Origin: a virus
Direction: 5' to 3' (one strand)
Length of the DNA stretch: 5,210 nucleotides
Virus record (IMG/VR): IMGVR_UViG_3300045988_002213
Span: 1-5,210 of that record
Part shown: piece after piece, positions 1-4,846 of the stretch
Numbering within the stretch: position 1 is the stretch's first letter
How the letters are laid out: every line of letters starts with the position of its first letter
Notes under the pieces: generated by a model
The model's database searches: none
Seen by the model: the letters and a program-made list of their open reading frames with translations, nothing else
Told to the model about the DNA's origin: nothing
Made by a program: the position numbers and the translations under genes

Positions 1-12
1 CTCTTCCGATCT
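1..12. other. Illumina adapter remnant (CTCTTCCGATCT, reverse complement of AGATCGGAAGAG); technical sequence
   Basis: Exact 12-nt match to the reverse complement of the common Illumina adapter start. It is mirrored by AGATCGGAAGAG at 5199-5210. Confidence 0.9.
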
Positions 13-30
13 TGACGCAAAAATAATCTA

Positions 31-70
31 AAACCTAAGAATAATTTGCTTTAGGTTAATTATTAGGTTT
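31..70 (+). promoter_or_regulatory. Possible hairpin / TTAGGTT direct repeat in the region upstream of VP1
   Basis: AACCTAA (32-38) is complementary to TTAGGTT (51-57), a 7-bp stem with a 12-nt loop. AAACCTAA (31-38) can alternatively pair with TTAGGTTT (63-70). TTAGGTT occurs twice, 12 nt apart (51-57 and 63-69). The stems are short and AT-rich, so support is weak. Confidence 0.25.
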
Positions 71-92
71 ACACTTCGAAGAAGGTGAAATT

Positions 93-1724
93 TTGGCTCG
101 AAAAAAAATAAGAGTTCGAGGACATCGCTTCAGCGATGCTCCTGCAATGTACATGAAAAGGACTAAGTTCGACCGTTCTCATGTTTATAAGACAACTTTT
201 AACTCAGGCAAGCTTATACCTGTATTTGTTGATGAGGTTTTGCCTGGCGATACTACTCGTATGTCTGTTAATTATTTCGCTCGTTTGGCTACTCCTATTA
301 AGCCTATCATGGATAATATTTATCTGGACTGGTTTTTCTTTTTTGTACCAAACCGTCTTGTTTGGGAACACTGGCAGAATTTCTGTTTCGAGCAGGAAGA
401 CCCTGAAGATGATACTGATTATGTCATTCCTACTGTTGCTGCTACTGGTAACTCTAATAATGCTTATGTAGGCTCTTTATGGGATTATTTCGGCTTGCCT
501 GTAAATACGAGTGGTAACTTGTCTGGTATTAGTGCGCTTCCATTCCGTGGTGTCTATCTTATTTATAACGAATGGTTTAGAGACGAAAACCTTCAGAAAT
601 CTGTTAAGATTCAGAAAGGTGACGCTAATGAGGTTCTAAATTCTGCTCGAGTTTCTGAACAACCTGCTTGGGTGTTTTCGTCTGATTCTAATATTGTCCC
701 TGGACTTGCTTGTCCCCCTCGTGGTAAACGTCATGATTATTTCACTTCTGCTCTTCCTTGGACACAGAAAGGTCCTGGCGTTGATATTTCATTAACTGGT
801 AACGCACCTATTGTGGCTACCACTAATACTCAGCCTTCTCCTCATACGCCTGGTATTTATGTCGCTCGTGATGGCGCTTCTAGCACTAATTTTGCTGCTA
901 TGATCTGGGATACCGGTCCTTCTAACGTGGCTACAGGCTCTGTATATGCTGATCTTTCTGATGTTTCTGCTATCACTATTAACGGCCTTCGCACTGCTTT
1001 CCAAATGCAGAAGTTCTATGAACGTCTTTCTCGCGGTGGTAGTCGGTATACAGAAGTGCTTCGCTCTTTCTTTGGCGTAGTTTCTCCTGATGCTCGTCTT
1101 CAGCGTCCGGAATTTCTCGGCTCTTTCACTAAAATGGTAAATGTTAATCCAATAGCTCAGACTTCTGCAACCGACGACACTTCTCCTCAAGGCAATCTTT
1201 CTGCTTATGGTGTTACTGCTTCCAAGTTCCATGGTTTTACCAAGTCTTTCGTTGAACATGGCTATATTATAGGCTTCGTATGCGCTCGTGCCGATCTTAC
1301 TTATCAGCAAGGTATCAACAAGATGTGGCTTCGCTCTACTGTTTATGATTTCTATTGGCCCACGTTCGCTCATCTCGGTGAGCAGGCTATTGAGCTTCGT
1401 GAGATCTATGCGCAAGGTACTCAAGCTGATACTTCTGTTTTTGGTTACCAGGAACGTTATGCAGAATATCGTTATAAACCTTCGCAGATTACAGGTAAGT
1501 TCCGTAGTTCTGTAACTGGTGGTAATCTTGATGTTTGGCATCTTTCACAGTTCTTTAGCAATGCTCCTACTCTTAATGAAGAATTTATTACGGAAAATCC
1601 ACCTATCAAGCGCATCATTGCCGTTCAAGACGAGCCTGAGTTTTTGCTTGACATAGGTTTCAAGTATACCACAGTTCGTCCTATGCCTATGTTTGGTACT
1701 CCTGGTCTTGTAGACCACTTCTAA
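93..1724 (+). CDS. VP1: Major capsid protein VP1 (Microviridae F-protein family, gokushovirus type)
   Basis: 543-aa ORF carrying blocks I recognise as typical of gokushovirus VP1: FDRSH..KTTFNSGKLIPVFVDEVLPGDT, PIKPIMDN..LDWFFFFVPNRLVW and ITINGLRTAFQMQKFYERLSRGGSRYTEVLRSFFGV..DARLQRPEFLG. The start is TTG at 93, preceded by the SD AAGGTGA (82-88). The first in-frame ATGs (147, 153) have no SD. Stop is TAA. Confidence 0.95.
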   Translation: MARKKIRVRGHRFSDAPAMYMKRTKFDRSHVYKTTFNSGKLIPVFVDEVLPGDTTRMSVNYFARLATPIKPIMDNIYLDWFFFFVPNRLVWEHWQNFCFEQEDPEDDTDYVIPTVAATGNSNNAYVGSLWDYFGLPVNTSGNLSGISALPFRGVYLIYNEWFRDENLQKSVKIQKGDANEVLNSARVSEQPAWVFSSDSNIVPGLACPPRGKRHDYFTSALPWTQKGPGVDISLTGNAPIVATTNTQPSPHTPGIYVARDGASSTNFAAMIWDTGPSNVATGSVYADLSDVSAITINGLRTAFQMQKFYERLSRGGSRYTEVLRSFFGVVSPDARLQRPEFLGSFTKMVNVNPIAQTSATDDTSPQGNLSAYGVTASKFHGFTKSFVEHGYIIGFVCARADLTYQQGINKMWLRSTVYDFYWPTFAHLGEQAIELREIYAQGTQADTSVFGYQERYAEYRYKPSQITGKFRSSVTGGNLDVWHLSQFFSNAPTLNEEFITENPPIKRIIAVQDEPEFLLDIGFKYTTVRPMPMFGTPGLVDHF

Positions 1725-1737
1725 AGGAGCTGATATC

Positions 1738-2478
1738 ATGTCTTGGTTATCTAATACATTAGGTAATATAGCTGGTTCTGTACTTGGTGGCTTAGGCTCG
1801 TCTGAAATTCAATCGCAGTATAACGAGAAAGCTATTCGCTTACAGAATGAGCTTAACGTTGATAATTATAAACATCGTTATCAGTGGGCTGCTGATGATA
1901 TGCGTTCCGCTGGTCTGAATCCTATTCTTGCCGCAACTAATGGTATAGGCGGTTCTATATCTGGAGCTTCAGCTGCTTCTGTAGGTATGAGTGATATTGG
2001 TTCTACTATGAACTCTGCTAAAGCCGCTAGTGCCGCTGAAAGGCAGGCTAAGAATGCCGAGCATCTTGCAATATCTCAAATTGATAAAAACGTCGCAGAA
2101 GCCGATTCTGTGCGTCAGAGTACCCATGGTACAGTTCTTCAGAACGGTATTCTTGCAAACGATCTGAATCTTCGTGAGCAGACTTATGAGAAACGCCTTG
2201 GCTACGAACTTGAGAAGATGAATCTGGAACTTGAAAACCTTCGGCTTCAGGGTTCTTACCTTAACTCTGGTGTATTGAATAATATTGCTTCAGCTAATCG
2301 CGCTAATTCTGCCGCCGCTTTTGACAACATTCAAACTGAAATGGCAGGTATGGAACGTGATTTCTATAAGAATATTGAAAGTCTTACAGGTGCTCCTAGA
2401 TCTGTCGCTAGTGGTGTTGGTTCTACTGTCAAAAATGTTATAGGCTTCCTCGGAGGTCGTTACTTTGGAAGGAGATAA
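1738..2478 (+). CDS. VP2: Minor capsid / DNA pilot protein VP2
   Basis: 246-aa ORF immediately after VP1, with SD AAGGAG (1724-1729) 8 nt before the ATG. It has a Gly/Ser-rich N-terminus, the MRSAGLNPILA motif typical of microvirus pilot proteins, and a heptad-like region (LGYELEKMNLELENLRLQ). Its position after VP1 is canonical. Confidence 0.8.
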   Translation: MSWLSNTLGNIAGSVLGGLGSSEIQSQYNEKAIRLQNELNVDNYKHRYQWAADDMRSAGLNPILAATNGIGGSISGASAASVGMSDIGSTMNSAKAASAAERQAKNAEHLAISQIDKNVAEADSVRQSTHGTVLQNGILANDLNLREQTYEKRLGYELEKMNLELENLRLQGSYLNSGVLNNIASANRANSAAAFDNIQTEMAGMERDFYKNIESLTGAPRSVASGVGSTVKNVIGFLGGRYFGRR

Positions 2479-2483
2479 CTTTT

Positions 2484-2723
2484 ATGTCTAATAAAACTAC
2501 TATGATTTTGACTTTTATTGTTTCTGTTGTTGTTCCCTTTATTCAGGAAGTTGTGGATCTAATCGAAGCTCTGAAAGGTAAAGCTTCTTCGAATACTGTT
2601 ACTGCTAAAAAAGTTGCTTCGGACTTTCAAGCCGATGTTGCGCAACTTGTTGAGCCAGCTGCTAATAAGAATGATTCTAAAAAAACTAGCCGTTTTTTCG
2701 GTTCTTGGAGGGATGCTAAATGA
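2484..2723 (+). CDS. Small hypothetical protein (79 aa) with an N-terminal hydrophobic segment; function unknown
   Basis: SD GGAAGGAG (2467-2474) lies 9 nt before the ATG. Codon bias (T-ending) matches the other genes. Residues about 6-20 (TMILTFIVSVVVPFI) are hydrophobic and contain a proline; the rest is polar and charged. The stop TGA overlaps the next ATG (ATGA). Confidence 0.65.
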   Translation: MSNKTTMILTFIVSVVVPFIQEVVDLIEALKGKASSNTVTAKKVASDFQADVAQLVEPAANKNDSKKTSRFFGSWRDAK

Positions 2724-2830
2724 GAAGGCGTCGCTTATCTAAACGAGGTTCTCGCCGTCTTTTCCGGCGTACCTCCAGATCTCGTCGCAGAAATTTTAAA
2801 AGAGTAGGACGAGGTGGATTTAGGATTTGA
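2720..2830 (+). CDS. Arginine-rich 36-aa peptide, candidate DNA-binding/condensing protein (phiX174 J-like / gokushovirus ORF8-like); absent from the supplied ORF track
   Basis: My own translation is MRRRRLSKRGSRRLFRRTSRSRRRNFKRVGRGGFRI*. It has 16 Arg and 2 Lys in 36 residues and no acidic residue. SD GGAGGG (2707-2712) lies 7 nt upstream. The ATG (2720-2722) overlaps the TGA (2721-2723) of the preceding ORF, which is classic translational coupling. Confidence 0.7.
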   Translation: MRRRRLSKRGSRRLFRRTSRSRRRNFKRVGRGGFRI

Positions 2831-2855
2831 CATTCTGACTTAATCCTGATACAAT
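2827..2855 (+). promoter_or_regulatory. Sigma70-type promoter upstream of VP4: TTGACA - 17 nt - TACAAT with extended -10 TGA
   Basis: The -35 is TTGACA (2827-2832, a perfect match that overlaps the stop of the Arg-rich ORF). The spacer is 17 nt and ends in TGA (2847-2849). The -10 is TACAAT (2850-2855, 5/6). The predicted start near 2862 sits just at the VP4 SD. Confidence 0.6.
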
Positions 2856-2872
2856 CGGTACAGGTGATTAAT

Positions 2873-3784
2873 ATGGTTTGTTATAATCCTATTCTTATGT
2901 ACCCAGTCGAAGGAGCGATTACTAATAATGGAAAACAACATTATAGTTTTTACGGTAGCCTTGCCTCTCACCCTGAGCTTGCTGGCGATAGCCGTTTCAT
3001 TCGTTGTTCTTGTAAACAATGTATCGGTTGTCGTCTCGAAAATAGTAGACAGTGGGCTGTCCGTGCTGTTCACGAAGCCCGTTCTTCGTCTTCTGCTTAT
3101 TTCGTTACTTGCACTTTCGACGATTATCATTTGCCGCGTGATAAAAGCTTAAGCAAGAAATTTCATCAGACTTTCATGAAAAATCTTCGTCGTGAGTATG
3201 GCAGTGGTATTCGTTTTCTCGGCTGTGGTGAATATGGTGAACTTCATGCTCGTCCCCATTATCATTACATTTTGTTTAATATTGATTTTGATGACAAAAT
3301 TTTTCGATTCCGTACAGACGGTTATAATACTTATACTTCTTCTCGTTTTGCCAAAGTATGGAAATACGGCATGCATCTTATTGGTGAGTTTAGCTTTGAT
3401 TCTGCTGCCTATGTCGCTCGCTATATAGTTAAAAAACAGACAGGTAAAGACGCTCCTTCTCACTATAAAGGTCGGATTCCTGAATTCATGGTTGCTTCTA
3501 ATCGTCCTGGCATAGGTGCTAAATGGCTCGAAGATCATGGCGAAGAATGTTATGCTAATGATTATGTTGTTATTAACGGTAAGAAGATGCGTCCTCCTCG
3601 TTATTATGATAAGAAATTTGATGAAACGCATCCTCACTGGATGGAGTTTATTCGTAATAACCGTATTGAGAAGATGCTTCGTAATCTGGAGAACAATACT
3701 TTTGAGCGTTTGGTTGATCGGTGCCGTGTTCAGGAAGGTAAATATAAACATTTTCTTGGCAGAAAACTTGACAAGGTATTGTGA
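2873..3784 (+). CDS. VP4: Replication initiation protein VP4 (HUH rolling-circle endonuclease, Microviridae A/VP4 family)
   Basis: The Cys cluster CSCKQCIGCRLENSRQWAVR is present. RCR motif I is YFVTCTFDD. Motif II is HUH, in RPHYHYILFN (HYH at 3257-3265). Motif III has two tyrosines, AAYVARYIVKK (Tyr codons at 3410-3412 and 3422-3424). The ORF track starts at GTG 2864, but ATG 2873 sits 5 nt after SD AGGTGA (2862-2867) and gives the family-typical MVCYNP N-terminus. Confidence 0.93.
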   Translation: MVCYNPILMYPVEGAITNNGKQHYSFYGSLASHPELAGDSRFIRCSCKQCIGCRLENSRQWAVRAVHEARSSSSAYFVTCTFDDYHLPRDKSLSKKFHQTFMKNLRREYGSGIRFLGCGEYGELHARPHYHYILFNIDFDDKIFRFRTDGYNTYTSSRFAKVWKYGMHLIGEFSFDSAAYVARYIVKKQTGKDAPSHYKGRIPEFMVASNRPGIGAKWLEDHGEECYANDYVVINGKKMRPPRYYDKKFDETHPHWMEFIRNNRIEKMLRNLENNTFERLVDRCRVQEGKYKHFLGRKLDKVL

Positions 3785-3796
3785 CTGTGTTATCAT
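3768..3796 (+). promoter_or_regulatory. Sigma70-type promoter upstream of the 80-aa ORF/VP5: TTGACA - 17 nt - TATCAT with extended -10 TGT
   Basis: The -35 is TTGACA (3768-3773, inside the VP4 3' end). The spacer is 17 nt and ends in TGT (3788-3790). The -10 is TATCAT (3791-3796, 5/6). This is the same architecture as the promoter at 2827-2855. Confidence 0.6.
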
Positions 3797-3814
3797 TAAG
3801 TCAGAAATGAGGTG

Positions 3815-4054
3815 ATGTTTATTAGCGAATTTGAAGCTGTTAAAAATTTTCTTCGTGAGCGTGATATTTCTTTTAATTTTCTCTTTCGTGGTAGTAAATA
3901 TGCCGCTTACTGTCTTAAGCCTGATGGTTTTAGGGTTATTCGTCTTGATAATGATTATTTTGTTGTATCATCTACGATTTATCTTATGATTCGTAGGTAT
4001 CTAATTGCGTTTAGAAAAGGAGATGGTTCTGCTGAGACTTTATTCCATTTATGA
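3815..4054 (+). CDS. Hypothetical protein (about 80 aa), orphan
   Basis: The ORF fills an otherwise non-coding 240-nt gap. T-ending codon bias (TTT, ATT, GCT, CGT, CTT, GAT) matches the confirmed genes. It is preceded by the promoter at 3768-3796 and by GAGGTG (3808-3813). The start is ambiguous (GTG 3812 or ATG 3815) because the SD almost abuts the start codon. I recognise no family motif. Confidence 0.5.
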   Translation: MFISEFEAVKNFLRERDISFNFLFRGSKYAAYCLKPDGFRVIRLDNDYFVVSSTIYLMIRRYLIAFRKGDGSAETLFHL

Positions 4055-4313
4055 TTCTAAGGCTGAACAGTTCAGTCCTCCACAGGTTTACCACAATGAT
4101 TTGCTTGCTCTGCGAGCTTTTGAAGGTATAGTTAACGATGATAAAATGCTTATTAAAAAATACCCTGAAGATTTTACTTTGTATTATGTTGGCAATCTCG
4201 GTGACAGCGACGGTCGCTATTACATTGAGAATTGTGACGAGTCCCACATTCCTGTCGTGGTTGGTCGCGCCATAGAATATGTGCAGATTGTTGACAATGA
4301 TTCTACTAAATGA
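4023..4313 (+). CDS. VP5: VP5-like small non-structural protein (gokushovirus ORF5 family)
   Basis: The pattern YSIYDSKAEQFSPPQ...ALRAFEGIVND...YPEDFTLYYVGNLGDSDG matches the layout I recall for this family (x-Y-D-x-K-x-x-x-F-x-x-P ... A-x-R-x-F ... PED[YF]-x-L-x-x-[IV]-G-x-[FL]-D). The start is uncertain. ATG 4023 is abutted by AAGGAG (4017-4022). The ORF track uses TTG 4005, which has AGGT at 3995-3998. The stop is TGA at 4311-4313. Confidence 0.75.
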   Translation: MVLLRLYSIYDSKAEQFSPPQVYHNDLLALRAFEGIVNDDKMLIKKYPEDFTLYYVGNLGDSDGRYYIENCDESHIPVVVGRAIEYVQIVDNDSTK

Positions 4314-4319
4314 TAATCT
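4291..4319 (+). promoter_or_regulatory. Possible third promoter: TTGACA - 17 nt - TAATCT with extended -10 TGA
   Basis: The -35 is TTGACA (4291-4296). The 17-nt spacer ends in TGA (4311-4313, which is also the VP5 stop). The -10 is TAATCT (4314-4319) and keeps only T1, A2 and T6 of the consensus. The alternative reading GATAAT (4312-4317) would leave a poor 15-nt spacer. Confidence 0.35.
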
Positions 4320-4342
4320 AATAAAGAGCGTATCAGAAAAAG

Positions 4343-4372
4343 GACGGTCTCGCAAGAGATCGTCTTTTTTTT
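4343..4372 (+). terminator. Rho-independent terminator between VP5 and VP3
   Basis: The stem GACGGTCTC (4343-4351) pairs with GAGATCGTC (4356-4364). That is 9 bp with one G-U pair, closed by a GCAA tetraloop (4352-4355). A T8 run follows (4365-4372), and an upstream A5 run (4337-4341) can extend the pairing. Confidence 0.75.
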
Positions 4373-4420
4373 GTACGCTACGCCCGCCGCGTCTAGGCGC
4401 ATGCGAAAGGAGGTGAAACT

Positions 4421-4846
4421 ATGAAATTTAAGACAGCTTATGATCCCGTAGAAGAACATGATCATTGCGGCATTGAATTTACTATGCCGTCTTTAACCGT
4501 ACAGGATGAGAAAGACGAGACTGATATTAACTATATCGTGAATAAGTATGCAGACGGTCAGAAAGGTATCACGACTCTTGACCTCGGCGATAGTTCGCAG
4601 TACGCTTACCTGCAGTTCGGAGATGCAACGCTCCCTGGCGACTATAGCACAGCGTTAGAGCTTGTGTCTGGAGTTCGTGAAGAATTCTACAGTTTGCCCG
4701 CTTACGTTCGAGCAAAATTTGGTCATGATCCTATGAATTTTATTAACCGTTTGAATGATCCTGCAACGCTCGAATATCTCCAACAACAAGGTCTGTATGG
4801 TAGCAAACATACCTTTGATGAACCACAACAGTCTGTAAGTAGTGAA
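4421..4846 (+). CDS. VP3: Internal scaffolding protein VP3, 3'-truncated by the assembly junction (the ORF as assembled runs to a stop at 4889-4891)
   Basis: A full SD AAAGGAGGTGA (4406-4416) precedes the ATG. The N-terminus MKFKTAYDP, DINYIVNKYADG and EEFYSLPAYVRAKFGHDPMNFI match the gokushovirus VP3 pattern as I recall it. From 4847 onward the reading frame runs on the reverse complement of VP1, so the last 14 residues (QTRRFGTKKKNQSR) are not authentic. Confidence 0.8.

Larger units (their letters stand above)
1..364. repeat. Left arm of a perfect 364-nt terminal inverted duplication (authentic orientation; holds the VP1 upstream region and first 90 codons)
   Basis: I reverse-complemented 4847-5210 in 60-nt blocks. 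It equals 1-364 with no mismatch, and identity breaks at 365 versus 4846. Confidence 0.97.

Noticed and set aside
12-17. TTGACG -35-like hexamer at the very start of the phage sequence
   Set aside because: Its first T belongs to the adapter 12-mer, and no acceptable -10 follows at 16-18 nt.
46-75. Weak promoter candidate TTGCTT - 18 nt - TACACT upstream of VP1
   Set aside because: It matches only 4/6 in each hexamer, has an 18-nt spacer and has no TGN. The true VP1 upstream region is incomplete because the circle is not closed.
123-138. 16-nt near-palindrome CATCGCT-TC-AGCGATG in the VP1 5' region
   Set aside because: The 2-nt loop is sterically poor. A 7-bp palindrome is expected by chance about once in 5 kb. 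It lies in coding sequence.
181-471. Very hydrophobic, Leu/Ile-rich alternative-frame ORF inside VP1, considered as a phiX174 E-like overlapping lysis gene. Similar + strand alternative-frame ORFs are at 1288-1515, 2928-3152, 3192-3428 and 3516-3815.
   Set aside because: The hydrophobicity is what a frame shift of T-rich coding sequence produces (T at the second codon position). None has an SD in front of its ATG. The idea cannot be excluded without comparative data, but the sequence gives no positive support.
792-1541. 249-aa minus-strand ORF antisense to VP1. The same applies to the other minus-strand ORFs in the track: 1545-1739, 2840-3130, 3149-3796, 4011-4355, 4220-4465 and 4655-4849.
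   Set aside because: All lie antisense to strongly supported + strand genes. They lack SD motifs and have low-complexity or odd composition. They are the shadow ORFs expected from biased codon usage on the opposite strand, and microviruses encode all their genes on one strand.
1648-1653. TTGACA hexamers inside VP1 (1648-1653) and VP2 (2321-2326)
   Set aside because: No -10-like hexamer or TGN lies 16-18 nt downstream, and both are deep inside coding sequence.
2206-2240. Local direct repeat GAACTTGA...GAACTTGA in VP2
   Set aside because: It simply encodes the repeated ELE of a heptad-like segment (YELEKMNLELENL) and is not a DNA-level element.
2753-2769. Small hairpin CGCCG-N7-CGGCG inside the Arg-rich ORF
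   Set aside because: The stem is 5 bp with no following T-run. It is a by-product of repeated CGN arginine codons.
2862-2877. Loose resemblance of GGTGATTAATATGG to the phiX174 origin core (CAACTTGATATTAATAAC)
   Set aside because: Only a few AT-rich bases are shared. The same bases are already explained as the VP4 SD and start codon.
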